Shown: in pieces, positions 11,770-24,325 of the stretch
How the letters are laid out: every line of letters starts with the position of its first letter
Numbering within the stretch: the first letter of the stretch is position 1
From: Octopus vulgaris
Taxonomy: Eukaryota
Length of the DNA stretch: 64,000 bases
Direction: 5' to 3'
Assembly: GCA_951406725.2 (NCBI GenBank)
Contig: OX597837.1
Location: 39,370,001 to 39,434,000 of the forward strand
Program-made: the position numbers and the translations under genes
Notes under the pieces: model-generated
What the model saw: the letters and a program-made list of their open reading frames with translations, nothing else
What the model was told of the DNA's origin: nothing
Database searches by the model: none

Positions 11770-12744
11770 GCTCATGGTTGGTGTCGCAGTGGGCGTAAGT
11801 GTACAAAAAGTCACGATGTGGATTTGATCTTGGATCTTGACGAACACAATCTGCTGAAGATAGAGGTGAAAAAGAAGAGGAAACGTGAACGGAAACAGAA
11901 GAAACGCATGGCTTCGGCGCTTCTTGCGACCAAAAACTTGGCATCGGATGAGGACGATGCATCACCTGCAAAGCACGTGCGTCCATCCGACGGCGGCGAC
12001 AGGGAAGGCTTGTCGGATGCTAGTGACTGTGATAATGGTAGTTCCAGAGTCTCTGAAGAACTAAGCAATGGCAGTTCATCACACGCAATGGACATTGATG
12101 AAACGGTGACGACAGCGGTGACATCAACAACGTCATTGGCATCAACAACGTCATTGGCATCAACGTCATTGACATCAACAACGTCATTGACATCAACAAC
12201 GTCATTGACATCAACGTCATTGACATCAACACCGTCATTGACATCAACAACGTCATTGACATCATCAACAACAACTACAGCAGCAGCAGCAACAACAAGT
12301 GACAGTCCCCACCGTCAAGTCAATGGTGAACTGGAAGAAAGTCTGCAACCTGATTCCAGACAGTCTTCGCCTGATATGTTAGAGGAAATAAGAGCAATTA
12401 CCGATTCTCTCATAAGTAGCGCTGTCCCCAAAGATGAAAAGCTGGGCAGTTCTCACAGCATAGAATCCCCAAAAAATACAAAATCAGCCCCTTGTGGACA
12501 TTCGTCTGGGTTTGACGCTTTCATGACCGGTTTCATATTTTCGGTTGCTGTTGCTAAGTTTGGTGAGGCGGATGTAAAAGACTGTAAACTAGCCTTGACC
12601 GGTGGTCAACTCAGACACTGGTTGAATAAAGTGTTCCTTAGCAACAAGGACGTTCCGTTGTCGGTGTGTAAAAGTAAATTCTCTCAGTGCTCCAACTTCC
12701 ACAGAGATAAATACCGTTCTCTCAGATCAAATCCCCAAACCTAA
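11770..12744 (+). CDS. TOE1: TOE1 terminal exon: end of CCCH finger, basic NLS, low-complexity linker, ExoIII motif HSSGFDAFMTG, stop TAA
   Basis: ttttttctgtgttcag|GCT. C-x8-C-x5-C-x3-H spans the junction, followed by KKKRKRERKQKKR. NKVFLSNKDVPLSVCKSKFS resembles TOE1 [20 protein letters not shown]. The five exons total 1776 nt, in frame. Confidence 0.96.
   Translation, partial: AHGWCRSGRKCTKSHDVDLILDLDEHNLLKIEVKKKRKRERKQKKRMASALLATKNLASDEDDASPAKHVRPSDGGDREGLSDASDCDNGSSRVSEELSNGSSSHAMDIDETVTTAVTSTTSLASTTSLASTSLTSTTSLTSTTSLTSTSLTSTPSLTSTTSLTSSTTTTAAAATTSDSPHRQVNGELEESLQPDSRQSSPDMLEEIRAITDSLISSAVPKDEKLGSSHSIESPKNTKSAPCGHSSGFDAFMTGFIFSVAVAKFGEADVKDCKLALTGGQLRHWLNKVFLSNKDVPLSVCKSKFSQCSNFHRDKYRSLRSNPQT
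12121..12258 (+). repeat. coding minisatellite in TOE1 (18/15-nt units encoding TSTTSL)
   Basis: 8 units of (a/g)catcaac(aac)gtcattg in the pattern 18-18-15-18-18-15-18-18. Confidence 0.9.
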
Positions 12745-12817
12745 GATGCTAAGAACTTTGTAAATAATTCAATATATCCAGATCTAGAGCTTCTGGAGAC
12801 AAGGGCGATGGTGGTGG

Positions 12818-13260
12818 TGTGTGTGTGTGTGTGTGTGCGTGTGTGTGCACGTGTGTGTGCGTGCGCACATGTGTATGTGTGCGCGCGTGTGTGTGTGTGT
12901 GCATGCGTCTGCATGCGCGCGTATGTGTATGTGTGCGCGCGCGTGTGTGTGTGTGCATGCGTCTGCATGCGCGCGTATGTGTATGTGTGCGCGCGCGTGT
13001 GTGTGTGTGTGCATGCGTCTGCATGCGCGCGTGTGTGTATGTGTGCGCGCGCGTGTGTGTGTGTGTGCATGCGTCTGCATGCGCGCGTGTGTGTATGTGT
13101 GTGTGCGTGTGTAATTGTATGTGTGTGTATGCTTATGTGTGTAATTGTGTGTGTGTCTGCATGCTTGTGTTTGTACAGTGTATGTGTATGTGCATGCATA
13201 TGTGTGTGGTATCTGTGTGTGTGTGTGTGTGTAATATTTGTAATGTGTATGTTTGTGTGT
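12818..13260. repeat. alternating purine-pyrimidine (GT/GC) tract with ~54-58 bp higher-order units, in the TOE1 3' UTR
   Basis: gcatgcgtctgcatgcgcgc repeated 4 times among (GT)n. Confidence 0.85.
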
Positions 13261-13473
13261 ACCATGTTACTTGTATGTGTATTTGTGTGTTTGGATATTT
13301 GTATATGTATTTCTTTTCACTTGCTGGATCCAGAGGAAGGGGCAGTGCCCATGACCCCCACCCCCGCAAGGGTCTTCCAAACCAGTGATTTTGATGCCAG
13401 CAGTAATGTGTTGTTTAAATTGTTGCACTGCAACACCTGCTCGGTAGACGTGAGCAAGGAAGGAATTTCCAGA

Positions 13474-14308
13474 GGTCTGACATTTTAGGAAGGAAGAACT
13501 GAGCTGAGTGATTAGTGCAGGGCCCTGGGGATTTGAACGCAAATGAGATAAGAAAGGAGATGATTGGGTTGGCAGGGGACCCAGCTGCTACACATGTGAT
13601 AGTAAAGGTCATCTGAGGTCCTCTTTTTTTTAAAAAACTTGCTATGTCTGGGGGTAGAGAAAGTGCCCATAGCCTTTGTGGGTCTGACATTCTTGGAAAG
13701 AAGAACTGAGACTAGTGTTTAGTGCAGGGCCTTAGGATTTGAACACAACAAGTGTGATAAGAAAGGAGATGAATGCGTTGGCAGAAGACCCAGTTGTTAT
13801 ACATGTGATAGTAAAAGTTATCTGAGGTCCTCTTTTTTTTTTTAAAACTTGCTGTGTCTGGGTGTAGAGAAAGTACCCATAGCCTTTGTGGGTCTGACAT
13901 TCTTGGAAAGAAGAACTGAGACTAGTGTTTAGTGCAGGGCCTTAGGATTTGAACACAACAAGTGTGATAAGAAAAGAGATGAATGGGATGGCAGAAGACC
14001 CAGTTGCTACATATGTGATAGTAAAGGTCATCTGAGGTCCTCTTTTTTTTAAAAAACTTGCTATGTCTGGGGGTAGAGAAAGTGCCCATAGCCTTTGTGG
14101 GTCTGACATTCTTGGAAAGAAGAACTGAGACTAGTGTTTAGTGCAGGGCCTTAGGATTTGAACACAACAAGTGTGATAAGAAAAGAGATGAATGGGATGG
14201 CAGAAGACCCAGTTGCTACATATGTGATAGTAAAGGTCATCTGAGGTCCTCTTTTTTTTAAAAACTTGCTGTGTCTAGGGGAAAGGGATGTGCCCATATC
14301 CTTTGTAG
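13474..14308. repeat. tandem repeat, ~209-bp unit, 4 copies
   Basis: ggtctgacatt..ggaaagaagaactgag recurs at 13474, 13681, 13891 and 14100. Confidence 0.9.
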
Positions 14309-14849
14309 GCCCTCCCCCGGGCCAGTGAGTTTGATACTGTTAATGTTTTTGTTTTATGTGTTATAGGAGCTCAGGATCAGCAGAAAAAGAATACCAGAAG
14401 GTTGATGATATCTTGGGGGTGTAAGATTGGGCTTAGGGATTAGTGCAGGTACGTCCTGGTGGGATTGGACACAAGGGTGGTGTGAGGAGGATAGACAGGT
14501 GGGTCAGGAATACCTGGGTTGCTGGAAGTGAAGTGGCATGAGCCCAGCCATTTCTGAAGAGCAGTGGCCATTGTAGTGGCAGTAGAAAAGACAGAGAGAG
14601 AGGACACAGCATGCTTGGGGGCTAGAAGCTGGGGCATGTCTGAGGGATTTAATTCTAATCAGTCAGGTGACCATTTTTGGGATGCATTCTGGGATGTCTC
14701 TGAGTGCAGTAGCATCATCATCCCAGGTGTGAAAGCAATACTCCATTGTGGGGCTAAAGCACCTTCTGGCCCCTGAAGAAAAGGGCCAGTCATTAGGATG
14801 CGGATACGAGCTACCTTAACAATGTTCTTCCTTCTTGTCTTGAGACAGC

Positions 14850-16340
14850 ATTCACCCGGGGTGGGTTGTGCTGGCTTCATACATCCTCAATGCTGCATCT
14901 CTCATAAACGCCGATCAGGCCTGGCGATTTGAGGCTAATGACCACGTGATCTCCAACCACTCCTTATTCCAGCGGCGAACGCTGTAGATATGGGGTCCTA
15001 GGTTGGGTTCCAGATCAGCCTTGACTGTCATCAGCCAGGTTTTACGTTGTCCACCACATCGCTTTCGCCAACCCTGAAGGGGAGCTGGGGCAATTGCTTT
15101 GTAGGTTGGGTTCCAGATAAGCCTTGACTGTCATCAGCCAGGTTTTTCGTTGTCCACCACATCGCTTTCGCCAACCCTGAAGGGGAGCTGGGGCAATTGC
15201 TTTGTAGGTTGGGTTCCAGATCAGCCTTGACTGTCATCAGCCAGGTTTTACGTTGTCCACCACATCACTTTCACCAACCCTGAAGGGAATTGGGGCAATT
15301 GCTTTGTAGGTTGGGTTCCAGATCAGCCTTGACTGTCATCAGCCAGGTTTTACGTTGTCCACCACATCGCTTTCGCCAACCCTGAAGGGGAGCTGGGGCA
15401 ATTGCTTTGTAGGTTGGGTTCCAGATAAGCCTTGACTGTCATCAGCCAGGTTTTCGTTGTCCACCACATCGCTTTCGCCAACCCTGAAGGGGAGCTGGGG
15501 CAATTGCTTTGTAGGTTGGGTTCCAGATAAGCCTTGACTGTCATCAGCCAGGTTTTTCGTTGTCCACCACATCGCTTTCGCCAACCCTGAAGGGGAGCTG
15601 GGGCAATTGCTTTGTAGGTTGGGTTCCAGATCAGCCTTGACTGTCATCAGCCAGGTTTTTCGTTGTCCACCACATCGCTTTCGCCAACCCTGAAGGGGAG
15701 CTGGGGCAATTGCTTTGTAGGTTGGGTTCCAGATCAGCCTTGACTGTCATCAGCCAGGTTTTTCGTTGTCCACCACATCGCTTTCGCCAACCCTGAAGGG
15801 GAGCTGGGGCAATTGCTTTGTAGGTTGGGTTCCAGATAAGCCTTGACTGTCATCAGCCAGGTTTTTCGTTGTCCACCACATCGCTTTCGCCAACCCTGAA
15901 GGGGAGCTGGGGCAATTGCTTTGTAGGTTGGGTTCCAGATAAGCCTTGACTGTCATCAGCCAGGTTTTACGTTGTCCACCACATCACTTTTACCAACCCT
16001 GAAGGGAATTGGGGCAATTGCTTCGTAGGTTGGGTTCCAGATCGGCCTTGACTGTCATCAGCCAGGTTTTTCGTAGTCCACCACATCGCTTTCGCCAACC
16101 CTGAGAGGGGAGCTGGGGCAATTGCTTCGTAGATGAATTATCCTGGTTGACGACGGAGGGCATGACCCAGCAAACGCAGATGTCTCGTTAGGATGACTTG
16201 TCGGAGGGGGGGTGATTCTGCACTGGTGTCGCACCGAATTGTTGGAGACAAAGTGGTGCCATCGGACATGAAGGATGCGGCGTAGACAGAGGTGATCGAA
16301 GGATTCTAGTCGCTTAATATCTTCCACCCTCATCGGCCAA
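14850..16340 (-). mobile_element. RTE-clade LINE 3' end, decayed, with an internal tandem amplification
   Basis: RVEDIKRLESFDHLCLRRILHVRWHHFVSN (16333-16240) and WRKRCGGQRKTWLMTVKADLEPNLGPHIYSVRRWNKEW resemble RTE ORF C-termini. Confidence 0.8.
14999..16131. repeat. ~103-bp satellite, 11 copies
   Basis: taggttgggttccagat starts at 14999, 15102, 15205, 15307, 15410, 15512, 15615, 15718, 15821, 15924 and 16026. Confidence 0.97.
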
Positions 16341-16715
16341 TGTACTTTGGCACTGTAAACATAGAATGTGTGTCTTTGTTAGTAATATGTATGTGTGTGT
16401 TTATGCATGATATGATAATGAGTGTGTGTGTGTTTGCATGGTATCCATATATCGACCTTGTGTGTACCGTTGGCGATTTTTTTCCCTCTGTCTTCCCTTC
16501 TCTGGATCTTTCCTTCTCCTATGTTTCCGACGAAGAGCTCCGCTCCAAACGTTAAACCCTCCTTCTTTCCTTCTTTCCTGAGCGTCCAATAATACTATAT
16601 TTGTTCCATGTCCTCGCGTTGTTGTGTTTTTTGTGCTTTCTTGTTTGGATTAACTTTATATATATATGTATATGTGTGTATACACACATACGTATGTTTA
16701 TATATATAGATCAGA

Positions 16716-16721
16716 ATTAAA
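16716..16721 (+). promoter_or_regulatory. candidate TOE1 polyadenylation signal (ATTAAA)
   Basis: ATTAAA is followed about 30 nt later by a U/GU-rich element (tttttgttattttttaattggtttgtt); unverified. Confidence 0.3.
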
Positions 16722-16996
16722 TTACAAATATTTTTAAACATACTACTGACTTTTTGTTATTTTTTAATTGGTTTGTTATTATTATTATTATAAAGAAAGC
16801 ATTATTTTGTCAAGATTGATATTGCTTTTCATCTTTTGGAGTCAATAAAATAAGTACCAGTTATGTACTGGGGTCTATGTAATCGACTAGCCCCTTCTCT
16901 CAAAATTTCAGGCCTCATGCCTGTAACAGAATGGATTATTATTATTATTATTAATAGTAAAGCGAGCTGGCATGAGTTTGCGCTCTCTGAGTTCTC

Positions 16997-17032
<36 letters not shown>

Positions 17033-17033
<1 letters not shown>

Positions 17034-17430
17034 GTTTTTTTTCCTTCTTTCTTCAAATTTTCTTCCGTTTCTCGCCGAGTGTTTTCCATACACCTAAGGC
17101 AGAGAAGGGCATTGTATGCATTCCCAGATTACACACGCAAATTCACAGATAAAATATGTATTTAAAAAATTAAGAAATAAATAAATTCATGAATGGATGT
17201 TGTTTTCACAGCGATAATGCTCTTCTCAGTACATGAGCCGTTCCAGTTAATACGATTTTTTGCACTTCCTCTAGAGATGGTAAGCCTGGAATCATTTTCA
17301 AATAGGTTTCAGTACCTTTTTTAATCATTCCTAGAGATCCTACAATCACTGGTACTGTAGTCGCCTTGAGATGCCACATTTTTTCAATTTCTATTAGCAA
17401 GTTTTTTTTTTTTACTAATCTTGTCAAATT
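17033..17430 (-). mobile_element. R4/Dong-like (restriction-like endonuclease) LINE 3' fragment in a (TAA)n tract
   Basis: LLIEIEKMWHLKATTVPVIVGSLGMIKK...EVQKIVLTGTAHVLRRALSL*; flanked on both sides by (TTA)n on the + strand. Confidence 0.8.
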
Positions 17431-17714
17431 CTTTCACTTTTATTATTATTATCATTATTATTATTATTATTATTATTGTTATGAAGGCGGCAATCTGGCA
17501 GAATCCTTAGAGCACTGAACAAAATGCAAATAGGGATAAATGTTTCAGTGTTGAACCTTTCTTGTGATGTTTTTCTGGGGATCAACTGGAGGAGATGAAA
17601 TTTGGTGCCAGCATTCTTTCCAGGGCTCAAGCAAAGCATTTATCAGGGTCTTCTGCAGCATAAGGTCTTGATAGTATCTGGAATACTCTGGTACTACAGA
17701 CATATGCTCAACTC

Positions 17715-18110
17715 TCTCTTTACTTTACTCTTTTACTTGTTTCAGTCATTTGACTGCGGCCATGCTGGAGCACCGCCTTTAGTCGAGCAAATCGACCCCG
17801 GGACTTATTTTTTGTAAGCCCAGTACTTATTCTATCGGTCTCTTTTGCCGAACTGCTAAGTGACAGGGATGTAAACACACCAGCATCGGTTGTCAAGCAA
17901 TGCTAGGGGGACAAACACAGACACGTAATTAAATACACACATATACATATATGCGACAGGCTTCTTTTCAGTTTCCGTCTACCAAATCCACTCACAAGGC
18001 ATTGGTCGGCCTGGGGCTATAGTAGAAGACACTTGCCCAAGGTACCACGCATTGGGACTGAACCCGGAACCATGTGGTTGGTAAACAAGCTACTTACCAC
18101 ACAGCCACTC
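17715..18110 (-). mobile_element. SINE family A, near full length
   Basis: Reverse complement of the 58668-59156 copy. Confidence 0.85.
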
Positions 18111-18596
18111 TTAGTTATCATTCAGCTAGTGTTAGGAACATAAATTGTGACTAAGGTTTGGTAGAAGATTTTAATACAAACCTTATGAAAACAAGACATT
18201 TGTACTCAGAGCCAGAGGTGGTTTCAGCCGGGTTGGTAATGAAAGGGTTAAGTGAAGCTATTTAAGAAAGAAAGAATGATTTTATTGCTGTTGAGGTCAT
18301 CTTCACCTTTCATATCTTCAACATCAATACTAATGGGACCTGTGGAAATTCCACAGAGCAAAAAAGATTAACCCTTTTGTTACCATATTTCTGTTGAGAT
18401 GCTCTGTGTTTCTTTCAATTAATTTTAAATATAACAAAGAATTTAGTAAAATAACTTAGTTATCATTAAGCTGGTGTTAGGAATATAAATTGTGACTAAG
18501 GTTTGGTGGAAGATTTTAATCCAGAACTTATGGAAACAAGACATTTGTACTCAGAGCCAGAGGTGGTTTCAGCCAGGTTGGTAATGAAAGGGTTAA
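18110..18596. mobile_element. two piggyBac-type MITEs (first truncated; second 18372-18592) separated by a 116-bp spacer
   Basis: TTAA|CCCTTT...AAAGGG|TTAA ends. Confidence 0.85.
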
Positions 18597-18672
18597 GGTT
18601 GTCTGACAAAGTTGATTTAGCAATAAAAATGAATAAGAAAGACAAAGTTTGCATAATGATTGATGACAATTA

Positions 18673-18678
18673 TTTATT
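18673..18678 (-). promoter_or_regulatory. candidate minus-strand polyadenylation signal (AATAAA)
   Basis: tttatt on +, at the end of a long stretch that is U-rich on the minus strand; unverified. Confidence 0.3.
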
Positions 18679-19237
18679 CTTTAAACACAAGGAACAACAA
18701 CAAAAAAAAAAAATAAGAAGAAACAATTAACGTAAAAAAAATATAACAGAGAAGAAAACAAGCAAAAAAAAAAAAAACAGTGTATGTAACAATTTTTACG
18801 ATGTTTGGATATTGTGCACAAACAGAAATTATTCACAGATGAAGAATGTTAGAAGAGGTTTTTAAAGGGAGATAATCTAGGTTTCATTAGGATGACTTTT
18901 TTTTTCTCTATGTTGAGAGACAAAATCATTAGAAATATTCTCTTTTGTTTTTTTTTATAGATTAAAAAACAATAAAAAAATACAAGGAAACAAAGAAAAA
19001 ATAAATTGTTTTCGGAGCCTGACTGGCCATTATCAGTTGGTGTCAATTGTCATCGAGACCTCAGGTTTTCTCAGACCCTGCACTGCCGATTTCCTCCGCA
19101 AAATTTAGATAACTGCGGCCCTTGTGAGAAATGATCCCTGCATTCTGGGATGGTGGCTGCAGCGAATATCACTGACCATTCTACGCAGCGATGCCATCAC
19201 AGTTATGTTTGCAGGGTTGTGGATAAAAAAAAAAATT

Positions 19238-19695
19238 GTAAAATATTAATAAAAAAAAAATTTGAGGGGATGGGTTTGGTTGGCTGAACATAAATTTTGC
19301 TTTTTAGAGCATAAATTTGTTTTCTTTACACACAAAAAAAAAACCCCAAAAAAAGAAAAACCCCACCCGAAATAACAGGTTTGTAAAAAAAAAAAAAATA
19401 AAATATTAATAAAAAAAAATTTTGAGGGGATGGGTTTGGTTGGCTGAACATAAATTTTGCTTTTAGAGCATAAATTTGTTTTCTTTACACGCAAAAAAAA
19501 AACCCCAAAAAAAAGACAAACCCCACCTGAAATAACAGGTTTGTAAAAAAAAAAAATTGTAAAATATTAATAAAAAAAAAAAATTTGAGGGGATGGGTTT
19601 GGTTGGTTGAACATAAATTTTGCTTTTTAGAGCATAAATTTTTCTTTACACGCAAAAAACCCCCAAAAAAACCCCACCCCAAATAAAAGGTTTGT
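19238..19695. repeat. ~160-bp tandem repeat, about 3 copies, rich in A-tracts
   Basis: aaatattaataaaaaaaaaatttgaggggatgggtttggttgg at 19241, 19401 and 19562. Confidence 0.9.
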
Positions 19696-20131
19696 TACGT
19701 GAAACCTGTGTGAACAATTTTTACAAGGTTTAGTCTCAAACCATATGGATTTTAGTTGTTGACAAAAATTGTTTACTGCGTAAACCTAGCAACAGGTGAC
19801 AAGATAAACCATATGGCAGATTTTTTTGACACAAAAACACAAACAAATAAACGAAAACAAACTAATTAAATAATTATTTTCATTGATTGATTGAATAAGT
19901 TTTGCCGAGTAAAAACTCTAGAATGAGCAAAAAAAAAATCTAAAATAAAAAATGAAAAAAAAAATTAAGTAAAATGAAGTAAAATTTTGTTTACACAATC
20001 TTTTTTATGTATATTTTTTCCTTATTTATTTCATTTTTATTTTTTTATTAATTCATAAATATTTATTTACAATAAAAACCGATGTTCAATTAACCCCCTC
20101 ACAATCTCCCCCAGGTTTTCCTTTTAGCATA

Positions 20132-20173
<42 letters not shown>

Positions 20174-20402
20174 TATATAAATATAGATATATATATATAC
20201 CTTTTGATTTCTTTTTAGTGTAGGGATGTAACACACACACACACACAAAAAAAAAAAACACATACATACGACATATATATATATACACACACACTTATGT
20301 ATATATACATATGTATATGTACATGTATATACATACATATATATATATATATACACACATATCTACATGCACATATATTTATATATATATATGTACATAT
20401 AT

Positions 20403-20433
<31 letters not shown>

Positions 20434-20704
20434 CACATGCACACATACATATATATATACAAATATATGTACACACACATATGTATATATATATGTGTGT
20501 GTGTGTGTATGTCTGTGTGTATATGTGTCTGTGTTTTTGTATATGTGTGTATATATATATTTACATAAATATATGTATACCTATACATAGATACGCATAC
20601 ATAGATACACATATGTATATATATATATATATATACACATATGTATATATATATATATATATTTACATAAATATATGTATACCTATACATAGATACACAT
20701 ACAC

Positions 20705-20760
<56 letters not shown>

Positions 20761-21202
20761 AAATATACATAAATTTATGTATGTATATGTGTTTGTGAGA
20801 AAAAGAGAATGAGAGAAAGACAGATAGATAGAGAGAAAGAGAGACAGAATTTTTGTTAAAATATTTTATTTTTCTTTTAAATTTGCTTTTTTTTATATCA
20901 TTAAAATTGGAATCATTTTAAGAATAAAATATTGCTTCTTAACAATTTCAAATAATAGAGCACCATTTAGGGGGAAGAAAAAAAGGGGGAAGAAAAAGAA
21001 AAAAAAATCCCATTTTTTTTTCATTCCTTCCATTTTTATCTTCATTATTTTTTTTCTTCATTTTACAGAATGAACGAGATACAAAGTGAAGAAATTCTTA
21101 CAAAATGAAGGAATTACAGCAGAATTTCAGAAAATATGTTGAGAAATGAAAAGAGGAAAAAAAAAATTTTTTTTTCTAAATAACAGGATTTTGTAACATT
21201 TC

Positions 21203-21237
<35 letters not shown>

Positions 21238-21412
21238 TTATAATGACAATAATAATAATAATAACAATAATGGTATAATAATAACATTTTTGAACATCTG
21301 GTCTAATTGTCTCTAGAAAAAAATCTTTTTTTAAAAATGTTTTTTCACAGCCAAAAGTTACCTAACTTGTTTTTATATGTAATATTTACATATATATATG
21401 TGTGTGTCTGTA

Positions 21413-21460
<48 letters not shown>

Positions 21461-21870
21461 TGTGTATATATATATATACATATATATATATATACATATA
21501 TATATATACATATATATATATATACATATACATATATATATATATATATACACACATACACAAATAAATTGATGGTAGGGAAACCACATTTCATTTTGGA
21601 ATCATAACATATTACCAAGTATATTGAAGGTTTGTTAGTCAAAATTTTGTCCTACTTTATGTGAGGAATTTCACCAATTCTAAGTTACCTTTACACATAC
21701 AAAATTCAGAGCCAGTGCCGAAAGTTACAATGTTTCATACACGAACACGCCTATGTAAACAATGTGATTGAAGATAGAAAAATAGGGGACTGGTGTAGAG
21801 TTTATTGTTCTTTCTTCGGAACCACATCCCACCCATTAACTATCCACAAACATAATGCTTATATATGTAC

Positions 21871-22259
21871 CAGGGATGTGCTGCCTGGGTAGGCAAGGTA
21901 GGCAGTGCCTACCTTGAAAAAATTACATTGATAGCAATATTTTCCTATTATGGCAAAATATGCACCTAATTCAATAAAATTATGAATGTTACTATGCAAA
22001 ATATTTTAGTTTTTTGTAGATTAGATACGCATAATTCACCCCTGCTTTTCAATCTCAGTATTTAAGCTACACATAGTACTGCTGTAGCACACATGTTGTG
22101 TGCACTCCTACAACAATGTTTTCTTTACGTGCTATAAGGGCAGAAGTAAACCTGCCTCCAACTCAGTCGCATGTCTGTGTTTTGCTTATTTTTTGTGTGT
22201 TTTACTACATAAAGATCACCAACTGCCTACCCTGAATAATTACTGACGGCACATGCCTG
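21871..22259. mobile_element. hAT-type MITE
   Basis: TIRs cagggatgtgctg / cggcacatgcctg; perfect 8-bp TSD atatgtac at 21863-21870 and 22260-22267. Confidence 0.9.
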
Positions 22260-22279
22260 ATATGTACATATATGTATGC

Positions 22280-22314
<35 letters not shown>

Positions 22315-22440
22315 CATGGATATATATGTATATATATAGTGTGAAGTTTTTCCCCTAAAAAACTGTTGTGATTCAGCATCCAATTGCATTTTGAATACCC
22401 ACTGCAGTGGATGCAAATAACCGCAATAGTGAAATGAACA

Positions 22441-22485
<45 letters not shown>

Positions 22486-22610
22486 GCCTGGTGCAGCCTC
22501 CTGGCTTCCCAGAACCCGGTCGAACTGTCCAACCCATGTTAGCATGGAAAACGAATGTTAAACAATGATGATGATATATATACATTTATATATGTATCTA
22601 TATAAATCTG

Positions 22611-22644
<34 letters not shown>

Positions 22645-22824
22645 AATAAATTGATGGTAGGGAGAGCATAATTTCTGTTGCAATCCCCTAATATTACCAA
22701 GAATATTGAAGGTTTGTAAGTCAATGTATCACCAAATGATATAAACTGCTTCTTGTGTTTGTCAGTTCATCATAATTTCTCCTATGTATGTATATGCGTG
22801 TATATATATCTATCTATCTATCTA

Positions 22825-22869
<45 letters not shown>

Positions 22870-22874
22870 GTATT

Positions 22875-22917
<43 letters not shown>

Positions 22918-23499
22918 TTATGTATATATATATATGCATATGTGTATGTACATATACAAATATAATATGGTGTATATATTACATATTATATAAATGATAT
23001 ATATATATATATGCTTGAATGTGTATGTGTATACGCAGACAGACAGACAGACACACATGCATGCACATGAGCATTAATTTACTCCAGTTTAATAGCTGGT
23101 GTCTACATTGGTTGACTTCCTTACCAATTTTCACATGCAATAATAATAATAATAATAACGATAATAATGTTTTCATATTCTAGAGATAGGGCGGGAGGTA
23201 GATAGATAGAGAGATAGATAGAGAGATAGAGAGAGAGAGAAAACAGAAAAAGCAGTAAAAGTCCCCCCTCACCCCTCTCTGTTTTTTGCTCTACAAAACC
23301 CCCTAATTCTTTGAGGTTGTTTTAAACAAGAAATTTACGTGACAGGACTATGGTGCAGGTGAGATCCAAAGACACAGTTTTCAACAGTAAAATTCTTCTA
23401 ATGCTAACAATAACACTAACATTAACACTAACAACAACAACAACAATAATAATAATGATAATTATAATAATACTAATAATAATAATGATAGTAATAGTA

Positions 23500-23539
<40 letters not shown>

Positions 23540-24080
23540 CAAATTTTGGCATGAGGCCAGTAAATTTGCTGGGTGGGGGTAGTTGATTACATTGACCCCA
23601 GTGCTTAACAGGTATTTATTTTAATCGACCCAGAAAGGATGAAAGGCGGAACTGACCTTGGTGGAATTTGAACTCAGAACATAGTGAAGATGGAGATGAA
23701 ATGCTGCCGAGCATTTCGTCACTGGTGTGCAATGAGTCACCATGACCACCGTGACCGACCAGGCTATCAGATGTTGCTACACATCGCTGGTCACAATGCG
23801 CTTCGCATTGTTTTAGCCTTCAAATGACACCGCCCCGCTGGCTAAGCGAGCAGGCCAACAGAAGAAAGAGTGGGAGAAAGTTGTGGTGAAAAAGCACAGC
23901 AGGATTCACCACTACCCCCTGCCAGAGCCTCGTGGAGCTTTAGGTGTTTTCGTGTTTCTTTCTGCCAAAGAGCATAGGCTCAAAATGTAAAAGACTTTCT
24001 CACTTCCCGAGCATTACACTAATACATCTGTTTGTTGTTTACACCACACTCGTCTTCGTCTTTTGCCTTTTTGTAAATTC

Positions 24081-24117
<37 letters not shown>

Positions 24118-24292
24118 AGAGTTTATGATAAAAACAAAAGATAAAGACAGGTGGTGTACAAAACAAACAGATGTATTAGTATAACGCTCAGGAATAGAAA
24201 AGTCTTTTATGTTTCAAGCCTATGCTCTTCTACAGAAAGGGACACAGAAAAAAACAAGGAGAGAAACGAGAGAAAAAAATGTGTGTAGTGGC

Positions 24293-24325
<33 letters not shown>

